Shown here piece by piece: positions 51,100 to 64,000 of a stretch of DNA of 64,000 nt (position 1 is the stretch's first letter; every line of letters starts with the position of its first letter). Both the position numbers and the translations under genes were made by a program. The stretch is from Octopus sinensis (taxonomy: Eukaryota): positions 26,350,001 to 26,414,000 of the forward strand of contig NC_043004.1 of assembly GCF_006345805.1 (NCBI RefSeq). The letters run 5' to 3'. The notes beneath the pieces were generated by a model, which had not been told where the DNA came from, did not search any database, and was given only the letters and a program-made list of their open reading frames with translations.

Positions 51100-52040
51100 A
51101 CAATTGTCGCACACAGGAGGGAATACAAGGAGTATATCCATTCCTGGATATACTAATCATCAAAAGAGATAAAAACATTGAAAAAGATATTCACTACAAA
51201 CAAATTCTAAACAATACTTACTGTTTTCCTCATGCCATCCTAAACACACGAAGAATAATATCCCCTTTAATCTAGCAAGAAGAATCTGCACAATTGTCTC
51301 AAACCCCGAAACCCGCAATAAAATACTCCAGGAACTAAAACAGGTACTACTTAAAAGACAATATCCATTAATGTTAGTAGACAACGGAATAGAACTTGCC
51401 GAAGCAATAAATATCGAAGAAAAACGAAAAACGCCCCAGATACATCGAACACTTTACCCAAGAAATACATAGGTTTACAATATTGTCCACCAGAAGATCC
51501 CACTACTAAAAGAAGACCCAAGAATGAAACAAGCATTCGAAAGTACACAAAATAATCAAAAGTAAAAGACAATCGAAGTCTCTCAAAAAAAAAAAAAATC
51601 CTCACAAGTGTTATATTATCTTCCACAATTCCTACGCCGACAGCCAAAAAGTCTGGCCGCCCCAATTGCAGGACCTGCATCAACCTTATTGAAAACACAA
51701 CATAAAAATTCAAATCAGACTTTTAGCGTAAAAAAATCACTTTATATGTTCTTCAAGTAATTTAATATGCGCTATCAAATGTCAAAGATCTAATGAAGAT
51801 CCTGTAAGTCAAAGCTTACTCTAAGAAATAGACTAACTATTCACTGACAACAAATACGAGACACCAGTACTAGACAGATTCAACTGAGTGGACACATATA
51901 CATATGTGAAAACACTAAATCCTCCAAATTCCAGGGCTTCCCACTCTACCTATGTTCAGCGAATACCACAGATGAAGCACGGATAAACAAAGAAAATACT
52001 TTCATACAAAAGTACAAACCAAGACTTAAACTTTAACAGA
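51100..52040 (+). mobile_element. Penelope-like element remnant (RT thumb and GIY-YIG region)
   Basis: PFLDILI, QYLLFSSCHPKHTKNNIPFNLARRICTIV, GRPNCRTC, NKENTFIQKYKPRL*. Confidence 0.85.
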
Positions 52041-52799
52041 GTAAATACACAAATAAGTATTCACACACAAAACTCATACTGCCAGTTATCACGAGGAACC
52101 TGCACATCTAACAGCCTAAACTTTAGCCACTGGACTACATACAAACAGCTTCTCATTCTCCCACCAGACAGATTAAATATGGAGTGCCTTGATTATAACT
52201 TACAATGTTCACTCAACAGTGTCGGTCTTCTTTTTAAGCACAAAATATACTTTCACGTGATGCTAACGAACGGACGTAGCAGGAAGCGTACAAAAGGTTA
52301 TAAACTTAATCATGTGTTCATTCTCTACCAACACTTGAAAGAAAACATTCAGGGCATTGATTCCTTGGACATGTTCAGTCAACCGTGTCAGTCTTAACTT
52401 ACCTCGCCGAATATTGTCACTTGATACGAACAAAAATTTCTAAGACAAGTCATGTAACTATCCTTTCCCAGTCAAATCCTATTCAAAGCAGATACTAATT
52501 TGAGCCATGAAGTCCCTATAAAAATGGGGCAAGCTTCAGATACTAGTCAGAAGCAAGTTCTATTTGAACTTTTTGAAAATCAGTGTAAACTGTGAAACCG
52601 GTTAAATCTTTAAATATATTTATGAAAAATACTTTAACTATTCTCAGTGCATTTTCAACTTCTATTTTTCATATATATACATATATAGCTGTAATTATAA
52701 AAGCGTATCCTACTACCGAAAATGTTTTAACGCAAAACTTAGCAACTGAAACGGGTTTAAAACAAAATATTATGAAAGACTATATTCATGTTATTATTA

Positions 52800-52876
<77 letters not shown>

Positions 52877-52940
52877 TATTGTTGCTGTTGTTGTTATATA
52901 TATATATATATTTACATACACACACACGCATACATATAAG

Positions 52941-53258
52941 TAATGGTCATCGCCACTTAAACATAGTTGTTCAGTAGGAATCCACGCCTCCTCCAGCAGG
53001 TTTGTTCAATGCAACATGCACTATACATGTAAGCAGAAGAGTGAACATCTAACATATTCCAGCCACGATATCACTAAACAATACGGTTTCGAGATATTTG
53101 TGCTCATCCTCGGTGGTGGATACTCATCCGCTAGCAGTGGCAGTTATTCCCTCCTACTCGCAATATGTAGAATAACCACAGGAGAAGGCGTCCTCCTCAG
53201 CTTAAAGCTGTAGTAACATTGGTTCTTAATAACCATGTTTAAGTGGCAATAACCGTTA
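52941..53258. mobile_element. MITE-like element, 28-bp TIRs
   Basis: taatggtcatcgccacttaaacatagtt versus the reverse complement taacggttattgccacttaaacatggtt. Confidence 0.65.
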
Positions 53259-53339
53259 TTTATCATTATAGTTACTGCTTTCATCTCTTATAGAGATTTT
53301 CTAGCTAGCTAATTTGCTTGTTATATATATATAATATAT

Positions 53340-53370
<31 letters not shown>

Positions 53371-54430
53371 GTGTATATTGGCAGGGCTGGCCTGCTAGGT
53401 AGCCGGCCAGAATGCTAGAAGAAGATCATCAACGATCAAACTACAAGGGAAATTCTCTAGAGGAAGAATTCAGCGAACACCAGAACCAACTTTGGCGGGC
53501 AGGACATATGAAAAATTATATAAATAACAGACTTAAATGCATACCTCGGTTTCGGTCTTAACAAAAGAATTACTTGCATAATTCAAATGTCCGTGACTTC
53601 ATCAGTACATTCGGTCCTCGAGATGCAAACCGCAAGACCAACCCCAGCCCTCTGTGTCAAGACAGACACGTGCTTAGTCTTACTGATTATATCGGGAATA
53701 AAATTTCAAATGTCTTGGCTCCGGCGCGCTGAGAGACTCCTGAAGCGAAGGGCTGCAGTGAATAATTCACTGCGGGTAGTGCTTACAACTAGGGAACGTA
53801 TTTATTTAAATATTTAAAAATTGAGGGAGATAAATTAATATTAATTTTAATATCAATTTAAAACCAGTAGTCCAGCATTCAAAAAATCTGAGGAGTCAGA
53901 GAAAATTCAAATATATGTGTATATTGGCAGGGCTGGCCTGCTAGGTAGCCGGCCAGAATGCTAGAAGAAGATCATCAACGATCAAACTACAAGGGAAATT
54001 CTCTAGAGGAAGAATTCAGCGAACACCAGAACCAACTTTGGCGGGCAGGACATATGAAAAATTATATAAATAACAGACTTAAATGCATACCTCGGTTTCG
54101 GTCTTAACAAAAGAATTACTTGAATTATGCAAGTAATTCTTTTGTTAAGACCGAAACCGAGGTATGCATTTAAGTCTGTTATTTATATAATTTTTCATAT
54201 GTCCTGCCCGCCAAAGTTGGTTCTGGTGTTCGCTGAATTCTTCCTCTAGAGAATTTCCCTTGTAGTTTGATCGTTGATGATCTTCTTCTAGCATTCTGGC
54301 CGGCTACCTAGCAGGCCAGCCCTGCCAATATACACATATATTTGAATTTTCTCTGACTCCTCAGATTTTTTGAATGCTGGACTACTGGTTTTAAATTGAT
54401 ATTAAAATTAATATTAATTTATCTCCCTCA

Positions 54431-54437
<7 letters not shown>
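53371..54437. repeat. Penelope-like terminal repeat: 546-bp-period direct duplication plus 308-bp-arm palindrome (53815-54437)
   Basis: Identical starts at 53371 and 53917; arms 53815-54122 and 54130-54437 with 7-nt spacer. Confidence 0.9.
53536..53611 (-). ncRNA. Type-I hammerhead motif, intact core
   Basis: AAUGUA-CUGAUGA-AGUC..GAAUUA/UAAUUC..GACC-GAAA-CCGAGG-UA-UGCAUU. Confidence 0.78.
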
Positions 54438-54473
<36 letters not shown>

Positions 54474-54476
<3 letters not shown>

Positions 54477-54794
54477 TTCGCTTTAAAGCGACATTTTTAT
54501 ATAAACAATTGACTAAAAAGTAATGATCTAACCCAGGCCAGAATCAAACCCACATATCAACGCTAATACGACTCCATGCAGGTTTGTTTACAAATATTAT
54601 ATATAGTATTGGGCAGTTAAAGTATATATTCATTAAATTTGGCTAAAAGTGATGGTTGAGCGTTTGGCCCAATCGGATGCACATGGAATCGTGATATATG
54701 ATAAGTGTTGATATGTGGGTTCGAGTCTGGCTTCCGTGAGCTCATCATTTTCAGTCAATTATTTATATTAAAAATGTCGCTTTAAATCGGAGTA
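54474..54794. mobile_element. Fold-back element with about 88-bp imperfect arms and A/B-box-like motifs
   Basis: Arms 54474-54561 and 54707-54794; tggcccaatcgg and ggttcgagtc on the plus strand. Confidence 0.6.
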
Positions 54795-54840
54795 CATATT
54801 ATTAATATTATCATTATTATTATTATTATTATTATCATCA

Positions 54841-54898
<58 letters not shown>

Positions 54899-55321
54899 CA
54901 TGGAGCCTTGTCTCATTTTCCGAAAGAAAAAAAGAAAGAAAATCTGTGGAAGTTTTAAATTTTTGTTTTATTTATGAAAGAAAAAAAAATTCTGTCACAT
55001 TTTTCTCGCGGCTAGGGAAGTTAATTCATATTTAGCTTTGACAGGTCTCGCTGACATTTTTACCACTTTTAATTAACTTTTCAACTTCATAATTTAACAT
55101 CAAGTCTGTTTATTATCTTTAAATTGTTAAGCTTGATCTTAATCGAGAACAGGATTGTTCATTCTGACCAAAATAATTGTTGATGTAAGAAAGAACAAGA
55201 AATATGTTTTATAATAAACCGAACAGATAACCAGTCATTCAGTCATTGCTGGACACTTGCAAGTACAGTGTTTTGCAGATAAACTGAGACCAATTTAATC
55301 AGTTGACTTAGTGGGCTTAAT

Positions 55322-55520
55322 ACTCTTTTACTTGTTTCAGTCACTTGACTACGGCCATGCTGGAGCACCGCCTTTAGACGAGCAAATCGACCCCGGGACT
55401 TATTCTTTGTAAGCCCAGTACTTATTCTATCGGTCTCTTTTGCCGAACCGCTAAGTGACGGGGACGTAAACATACCAGCATCGGTTGTCAAGCAATGTTA
55501 GGGGGACGAACACAGTCACA

Positions 55521-55582
<62 letters not shown>

Positions 55583-55753
55583 CATATATACGACAGGCTT
55601 CTTTCAGTTTCCGTCTACCAAATCCACTCACAAGGCATTGGTCGACCCGGACTATAGCAGAAGACACTTGCCCAAGATGCTACGCAGTGGGACTGAACCC
55701 GGAACCATGTGGTTGGTTAGCAAGCTACTTACCACACAGCCACTCCTGCGCCT
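55322..55753 (-). mobile_element. CORE-like tRNA-derived SINE with internal (TA)n(TG)n, young
   Basis: ggcgcaggagtggctgtgtggtaag head, cttgggcaagtgtctt core, actgaaacaagtaaaaga tail. Other copies at 57010-57430 and 60482-60820; degenerate ones at about 20985, 24590, 31640 and 33700. Confidence 0.85.
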
Positions 55754-55789
55754 ATATTTCATTTTTTGACAAAACCTTGATTGCCTGAA

Positions 55790-56707
55790 ATTCTACGGGT
55801 AAATAGCGAACTGACTCGACAGCAGAATCGTTCAGCCATTGTTGTTTTAGCGCGTGCCGGGCACAGTGCCAATAAAATTGTTATGTTGACGAAACTTCCA
55901 AAAGCAACAGTTTATCGTGTGTATAAACAATTTAAAGGAGAGGGAAAGATTGATAGAAAAGAACATAAGACTCGAAGCGATTCCAAGCGCAATCCAAAGT
56001 TTCTCGCCGGCCTCAAACGCTCGATTGAAACTAATCCATCCACATCCAAGACAATTCTCGCAAAGAAACGCAATGTGTCCCTGTCCAGAACTGTGAACAG
56101 GAACCTTGGCATGATTAACTATGTTCGACGACCCCGTCACTTCCTAACAGCCAACTTAGAAATCAGAGCCGAGAGATGCCCAAAGTTTCTGCCATTCATC
56201 AATCATCAAGGCACAGGGAAAACTCTCGTGTTTATGGACGTGAAGTTCACTGTGAACGCTGAGGTGAATGGGAGAAATTCTCGAGTGATTGCATACAACC
56301 CTTCTGACATCCCCTTGTGTTTGAGACTAAGAATCCTGCTTCTGTGATGGTATTTGGAGCCGTAGCGAGCGGTGGAAGTGTCATAGATCCACACTTGATT
56401 GGGTCTGGCTTGACGATTGGCACAAAGGAGTATCTGGACATCCTGAAGAACTCTCTGTTACTTTGGATGGAGCAGAAGTTTGGACTTGAAAATGTGATAC
56501 TTATCCAGGATTCTCGATTACTTTTTATGCGGCGTACTTAAAGCAAGGACCACACTTGAATGTCAACAGTTTGACATGCAAAATAAAAAAAAGGTGGAGG
56601 TTGCAGAAGCTGCAAAGAAATTTCGTTTTTGTGTGGAAACAATAATTGCCCAAAAAGGTGGCCATATTGAGTGATAAATGCTTTTGTTGTCATAAATGTT
56701 ACATTAA

Positions 56708-56720
<13 letters not shown>
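55790..56720 (+). mobile_element. maT/Tc1-like transposon, frameshifted and internally deleted
   Basis: HTH ATVYRVYKQF, VFMDVKFTV, KNPASVMVFGAVASGG, YLDILK, ILIQDS. Confidence 0.85.
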
Positions 56721-56749
<29 letters not shown>

Positions 56750-57009
56750 GTGTGTGCGTGAGCGTGCGTGTGTGAGTGTGCGTGGGTGTGTGTGTGTGTA
56801 AACAAAACTGATTGTGAGAGATTATCAATCTGGGCAAAATATCTCATAAGTTCTCTGTTGGCACACTAGGCAAATAATGTTATTTAGATTAGTGAAAAAC
56901 TCCAGCTAATCTTGTGGCAGGGTCAAGGTTGTGTGTCATTGCAATTCCATAAACTGTAACAAACTTGCCAACGTTAGAAGGAACATTATGGAAAAGAAAT
57001 TACTAACAT

Positions 57010-57181
57010 AGGCGCAGGAGTGGCTGTGTGGCAAGTAGCTTGCTTACCAACCACATGGTTCCGAGTTCAGTCCCACTGCGTGGCACCTTGGGCAAGTGTC
57101 TTCTATTATAGCCTCGGGCCAACCAAACCCTTGTGAGTGGATTTGGTTGACGGAAATTGAAAGAAGCCCGTCGTATATATG

Positions 57182-57214
<33 letters not shown>

Positions 57215-57430
57215 TTGTGTCTCTGTGTTTGTCCCCCCAACATCGCTTAACAACCGATGTTGGTGTGTTTACGTCCCCGTAACATAGCGGTTCGGCAAAA
57301 GAGACCGATAGAATAAGTACTAGGCTTACAAAGAATAAGTCCTGGGGGTCGATTTCCTCGACTAAAGGCGGTGCTCCAGCATGGCCGCAGTCAAATGACT
57401 GAAACAAGTAAAAGATTAAAAGATTAAAGA
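57010..57430 (+). mobile_element. CORE-like SINE copy
   Basis: Reverse-complement homologue of 55322-55753. Confidence 0.85.
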
Positions 57431-57949
57431 GAACTGAATTAGAGATTGACAAAATTAAACAATCAGTAAGGGATATAAGGAACAAAGTTGCAGCTGAAGA
57501 AGATACTACAGAGGAAATAATTATAGACCAGCCCAGGTCTGATGAAAATGCAATAATGATTGAAGGAGTTAACGTAACTGATAAGCAGTGAAATACCCTC
57601 TGAATCAACCATAAACACTAACGGCGCATGAAAATAAATAGATGAAGAAAGTCACACAGAAATTGACCCAACAGAACTACATGATCTGAAAAGACCAAAT
57701 CATGATTGAATGGCTGAAAATTAAAGAAACCAGTATGAATGAACGCGACACTCTCCCCAAAATTCGCAATTCTAACCAAAACCTGAAAGTAATTGGTAAA
57801 ATCCGCCTTGCACTTAAGTATATCACTTAAGCGAATGATGTTGATATTACAGATCTCAACCACCTGTACTATGCATACGTGAAAATCTCGACAATTCTAT
57901 GTGGTGAAAACTACAACATTCCTACAAAAAGCCTACTTGGTAAGAGCGT

Positions 57950-58675
57950 ATTCAACACCAAATTCAGCTACTTAGATCTGACATAGAGTGTTTAAAAACC
58001 TTAAGTTTTACAAGACTATCAAACCAACAAAAATCCGAAGATGAAAGAAAAAATATAATATGAAAACCATATTTGACATCGATACCATCACAGAAACTAT
58101 CAAGTAAAAGGTATGTGCTAAAGCAGCCCGCACAGTAAGGTATGAAAAGCGCGTTAGATTCTTCAAGGACAAGAACATGATAAAAAAATAATCCAAAAAA
58201 TGTTTACAGGAAGATAAGGAAAATACCAGTTACACTAAAGTCTGTCCCATCAAAAGAAGTGCAGGAATTTTGGAATAAAATTTGGGCAGAAGCAAAAACA
58301 CACAATGAAAAGCCCCCTTGAATTGATATAATATCTACAGACTTAGACTCCTTAGAATAGCAAAAGTGGGAGGGTATCAAGGCAGAGGATGTAAGATCTG
58401 CTCTCAGGAGGTCAAGCAAATGGAAGTCTCCAGGGAAGGATAAAATTCCTAACTTCTGGTTGAATGCCTTCCCAGAGAGTTATGAATTGCTAACAAAACT
58501 GTACAACGATATTTTGCAACAACCTAGTATGATTCTCTCTTGGCTATTTATGGTGTAACGTTCCTACTTCCAAAAAATGAGGAAACAAATGAACCCAAAA
58601 ATTATAACCTGCTTAACAACAATGTATAAAATACTAACATCTGTATTGACCGAATATATCTATAGTTTTTTGATA
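57950..58675 (+). mobile_element. R4/Dong-like LINE RT N-terminal fragment
   Basis: IRRYEKR, VQEFWNKIW, WKSPGKDKIPNFWLNAF, ITCLTTMYKILTS. Confidence 0.7.
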
Positions 58676-59738
58676 CAGTGTTAAATTGCGCCCCGTTTCT
58701 CTGCGCAGTTTCTACAATTCATTACAGGGACTTTTGTCATGAAAACTTTATTGCTGAATGATAAAGATATTGTCAGTTATTTAGTCTCTCAGTGCTAATC
58801 CTCCAGAACTGAGCCATTAAAGCATCCTCTACCAATAGTTTGTCAGAGTAACGTCGTGGCAAGCTGTAATAATTTGGCGTAGTATTTCCTCGTGTCCATC
58901 GCCTCACGGTTGATTTTTCAGGACATATCACACGTTGACAGTGATTATTATCTTTATAACTTAGATGAGATCTTAACGCTAAATATTTCAAATGTTATTA
59001 TAAAGTTACCTCTCTATAATAATATGAAAGCTTCTAATTAGACATACGTGACAGTCAACATTGTTTCAGTCCATGTTGTCAGTAATTCTTTTCTTGTCTA
59101 GTTAGTATTACACATTTTTTTGAAATCTTATTTTACTTTATGTTAAAATATATCATTAGTATTTCTCTTCTCCTCTTGGCTTACCTGTCTTCAAAATGAT
59201 GACAGTATTTATCAAAGGATGGGTGACACGAGGTCACATACTTTCAAAATTTGAAACAATCTAGTTAAGTATTTCAGTAACATGTCTTTATCTAACATTG
59301 CGCAGTGACATTGTTTTCCAAAGTTCATGCACAGGGCTGACAGGCAATCTGTTATAAGAAGTGCTTCACTTATGAAAGTCAAGTTTGCAGAGTAATTAAC
59401 TCAAAATATATTATATACATTTAATTCATTAAAAAAAGCTCAAAAAATCATTTTTTACCATTTGTGAGAAAGAAATTTTAAAATTGCACAAAAGCAATAC
59501 TTTCCTATTTTCCTTAATTTTAAAACTATTTTCTACAAGTAAGTGAATTTTCTTTTGTGTTCTTTTCTTGTTCGCTGAAATTGATTTTTCGATTCCTTTA
59601 ATACGCCATATTTAATTTTTTTCTCAATTTGGAAGTTTATACCCGTTCATAAAACTATATAAACAAAAAGTTTTATCTTCCCACCGTAAATGTATATATA
59701 GCTACTCGTAAAAGACACACACACACACACCACACACA

Positions 59739-59809
<71 letters not shown>

Positions 59810-60129
59810 ATATATATATATCCACTCGCAACAGTGTGTAAAATTTTATATACCCACTTGTAAAAATGTTTAGAGGTATTCGTAAAAGCATATATAATCA
59901 TTTGTATCAGCTTGTATATCACTCGCAAAAGTATACAAACTTACTCTTAAAAGTAAAAGATGATGATGATGACAAAGAGGGGACACAAAACAACGTTTAT
60001 TTTGTTCATTAATTTGATTTTATTACGAGTCTGTAAGAAATTGGTACCAATAAGTTCCAGAGAAAATTTTGTCGAATTTCTCTTATACGACGTTGGCACC
60101 CGTATATGTGTGTGTGTTTATGTTTGTGC

Positions 60130-60174
<45 letters not shown>

Positions 60175-60179
60175 AAGAC

Positions 60180-60460
60180 TTGTGTCCTAGTGGTTAGGGT
60201 ATTCGACTCACGATTGCAAAAGCGTTGTTTGAATACTCATTCCGGCCCGGTGCGGTTATGTTATTAAGCAAAGACATTTCAATTTGCTCCAGTCCATTCA
60301 GCTGTGAATGAGTAACCCTGCGACGGACTGGTGTTCCGTTCAGAGGAAATGCTGGCAAATCTGCCAAGCCAATGGAATGGCATTATTTGAAAGCTACAAC
60401 AATGCAAAGGAGTGTATTGTGACTAGTAGTGTAAGAAAATATTCGATAACCTTTGATACA
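60180..60460 (+). mobile_element. Old tRNA-derived SINE with V-SINE-like ccctgcgacggactgg segment
   Basis: tagtggttagggt A box; tail homologous to the 44382-44678 element. Confidence 0.6.
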
Positions 60461-60481
60461 GTGATATATATATATATATAT

Positions 60482-60820
60482 AGGCGCAGGAGTGGCTGTG
60501 TGGTAAGTAGCTTGCTAACCAACCACATGGTTCCGGGTTCAGTCCCACTGCGTGGCATCTTGGGCAAGTGTCTTCTACTATAGCCCCGGGCCGACCAATG
60601 CCTTGTGAGTGGATTTGGTAGACGGAAACTGAAAGAAGCCTGTCGTATATATGTATATATATATATATATGTGTGTGTGTCTGTGTTTGTCCCCCTAGCA
60701 TTGCTTGATAACCGTCCCCGTCACTTAGCGGTTCGGCAAAAGACTTACAAAGTCGATTTGCTCGACTAAAGGCGGTGCTCCAGCATGGCCGCAGTTAAAT
60801 GACTGAAACAAGTAAAAGAG
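60482..60820 (+). mobile_element. CORE-like SINE copy with internal deletion
   Basis: Same head and tail as 57010-57430. Confidence 0.85.
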
Positions 60821-60872
<52 letters not shown>

Positions 60873-61147
60873 CATGTATGTATTTATATAGATATGGATA
60901 AGATCGTCAATTTGAAAATAAAATAACGATTTTATCAAGTGGTCAGCATGAAAAAATAACCTTCAAAGGTAATAATTATCAAAATTATAAATTAGAATTA
61001 TCCAGTAATTTTTTACTAGTTTCATCTTGTCTCTGTTTTTTTTCTCCGTGTTGATATAGGAAAATTTAGGTCGTTTTAAAGTTAGATTATGGCTGCTGTT
61101 TTCAGCATGGTGGTATCTCGTAGATACCCTAATTTATATATATATGT

Positions 61148-61238
<91 letters not shown>

Positions 61239-61833
61239 TATATACATGCATGTATGTATATACGTACATATACATGTATGTATATTTACAGCCAGTGTTT
61301 CAGATGTTACCTATGGTAGCCATCCGCAAAAGCGGAGTGTAGCCTCTACCAATTTACTGATTCAAAACTTGCGAAGACTAAACACGCAATGTAACGATAG
61401 AGAATTTAATAACACATCCACCTATTAAAGCGGAATTTATGACACTCACTAATTCCGACATTCGCTTAAATATAAGTACAATGCATCAAACCACATTTCC
61501 AGGACTTTCTCACAGAATTCTATGCTATTTGAGAGAAAGGATTTACAAAAATAATTGAGTTGGGTTTTATACTTTCGTCGCTACATTGAAACAGTGTTTT
61601 ACAGAAAAAAGTTTCCAGAAAAAGGCTGTCATTCTAATATGGCTATCGGACGTAGGCACAGTCATGGTATATGCACTTTAGAAGCATGCAACATAGATTT
61701 TAGAGCATTAGTCATATGTTTAAGTTTAGTTTTGGTCTTCTTAAAAAGTATGATATGAAGAAAAAATTTATTACACTACATCCACATAAACATGAGGGGC
61801 AATCAGCTAAAGTCCCGACGTTCGCTTTAAATA

Positions 61834-63080
61834 TTGATTCATCCCATAAATAATGTGGTTTTTTTATACTTCTTTTATTTTCAAAATTAAGATAAACAAA
61901 GTTCCTTTTTAATCTAAAATATACTCTCCTTCATTTTCTACAATGCTCTTCCCTCTATCTTTTCCAAAATTCACTTGTCCGTGATGAAAAATACTCCTCT
62001 ACAGAATTCATGTTTTTTTCCGTCCAAATGATTTTGAAGACTGCGGAATAAATGATAATCAGATAGAGCAATGTCCGGCGAATATTGTAGGTGAGGAATC
62101 GTTTCCCATTCAAACTGCTGCAGTCTTTCGAGTGTCATCCTCGCTGTATGTGGCCGAGCATTATCCTGATGGAAGAACATTTTTCGTCTTGAAACCAAGG
62201 AGGTCGTTTTTATTCTAGCGCTGACTTAAGCTGCTCAAGCTGTTCGCAATAGATCTCCTTTGTTAACGCTTGGTTTGGGTTTAAAAGTTCAAGGTGGACT
62301 AAACCTTTCATATCTCACCAAACAGATAACAACTCATTACGTGGGTGAAGACCTTCTTTTAGACTGGGGTGCCGATGTTTCTACTTTCCCTATCCACTGT
62401 CTACGGCGCTTAACATTTTTATAGAGAACCCATTTCTCATCACCTGTCACTAGCCGGTCGGTCCAAAAAAGGGTCATCCGTAAGACGTGACAGCAAAGAA
62501 GAGCACACAATCACTTTCTGCGCACGATTAGACTCGGAAAGTTTGTGAGTAACCCATTGACTCAATCTGCTGACTTTTCCGATGGCACGGAGGTGTCGAT
62601 GAATGGTTGAATGACCAAATCCAAGCTTCTCTGCTAGTTCAACAGTCACGATGGAATTTTGTTCCACCAGGGTTTGCAGGACGTCCTCGTCGAGCTCTAC
62701 AGATCATCCAGGACGAGGCTCGTCTTCTAGGCTGTAGTTTCCGGCTCGGAATTTCTGGAACCCCCGTTGCCACTGGCTTACGCTTATTGTCATATCCCCA
62801 TATACTGCATTAATATTCCTCGCACTTTCCGTTGCGTTGTTGCTTTTATTGAACTCATAAAGCAAAATATGCTGAATATGCACCTTTGTCACTTCCATTA
62901 TAGCCTCGACAAAATAACTGTTAAAAACGAACTGCACTCTTCAAATTTTGCATTAAGAATAAGTACTAGGTAAAATTATACCTGCTTTTATAGCAAGTTG
63001 ATGCACGTAGTTTATCCCGTCCCCCTCCGACTTTTTGTTCAGGTAATTGAAAAAACTCCATTATTTATGGGATGACCCGA
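61834..63080 (-). mobile_element. Full-length inactive mariner (DD34D)
   Basis: TA duplication; TIR t(c/t)g..tcatcccataaataatg; MEVTKVHIQHILLYEF, LEDEPRPG, VTGDEKW, FHQDNARPHTA, YSPDIALSDYHLF; 1247 bp with frameshifts. Confidence 0.93.
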
Positions 63081-64000
63081 TATTAGGCCTTACTATTGTC
63101 GAGCTTCTCCGCAGGTGAAAGCTAATCCCTAACATAGCTAGGATCGTATTGCAACAACTTGCCTTTCTCGTCAGGGAAAGAAGATACTTCAGCTCCCAAC
63201 AATTATTGGCACTCTGCAAAGCTAAAGTGAGTCCCACAACGCACAACGGAGTAACCACTAGAACCACGCTGCTGCACAAAAACAGATATCGCCCAGAAAT
63301 GGTCACCGACTGATTAGCCACTCTCAGACTCTGGTTTTTATATGTGTCTTAGACTCTGGTTTTCATATGTGTCTTGTCTCTTTTCCACACCTTTCCTACT
63401 GCTGCAATAAGCATATTTTCTCTTCGGAGCTGGCTGCGCTCATATTACCTCTACTCATGCATTCTTCATCCACTTTTTTTCTTTCATTACCCATGTTGTT
63501 TCCATCCTCGAGGCCCCATACTGATGACAACATTGAGTTGCAATGGTTAAAGACATCATTCTCACTGATTTCAGAAGGCCTAAGAATGACATAGTTACTG
63601 CCCATTTCTGCAGATTCAGCAAGGTATAAAAAATACGATTCCAGAGATAAACGATTCAAGACGATAACTTCAATGTTTCAAGACAAATAACAGGGATTGT
63701 ATATCATACGATTATTATTATGTTTTCTTGTCAAGCCGATGAATGGCCACCATTTCAGTGCTTCGTAAATGTATGTCGATTACACGTTCAATTCATGCAA
63801 ATGGACTGTGTCTGCTAAATATTAATGACTGTATTCTTTTTCGAATTAACTGCCAAAATAACATGTCTAGTTGATTATCTGTTAATTATAATTTCACATT
63901 TTGGTAACCGGGGTTGATGTCAAAAAGAAAACAATAAAAGATTAAACAAATTACACTCCCCACAAAAAAAAACTTACTTCACTAATTGTCTTCTAATTTC

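Noticed and set aside
52555-52610. Possible hammerhead (cag tgtaaa ctg t GAAACCGGTT aaatc) downstream of the Penelope remnant
   Set aside because: The CUGANGA box is unrecognisable (ttgaaaa); too degenerate to call.
60990-61110. GAAACTAGTA palindrome on minus resembling a hammerhead 3' half
   Set aside because: No compatible core or helix I/II at a suitable distance.
63061-63659. Short ORFs on both strands (63061-63321, 63396-63659) and a gtgagt donor near 63228
   Set aside because: No identifiable family; the first overlaps the mariner TIR; a coherent splice structure could not be built.

Overview
AT-rich, microsatellite-dense eukaryotic genomic DNA; the SINE/LINE repertoire and (TA)n/(CA)n load suggest an octopod cephalopod (inference). 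Two host genes sit head-to-head about 530 bp apart: coding exon 1 of COPS2/CSN2 (minus, 7036-7083; remaining exons not found, probably left of the window) and a complete five-exon DDA1 (plus, 7616-32515, 101 aa). The rest is mostly transposon debris: MULE, hAT, mariner/maT, Helitron, RTE, Tx1/L1, R4/Dong-like and Penelope-like elements, MITEs and several tRNA-derived SINE families. The least expected signal is at RNA level. At least six distinct type-I hammerhead ribozyme motifs with palindromic helix III occur, several with long helix II extensions. One is fused to a tRNA-like Pol III head, and two fold-back palindromes are centred on a ribozyme helix II. Other notable items: a 1406-bp near-perfect palindrome, RTE 3' ends built from tandem putative pseudoknot units, a SINE sharing its tail with Tx1-type LINEs, and a Helitron carrying a captured LINE ORF1 fragment. 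All assignments are by eye; no database searches or folding computations were run.
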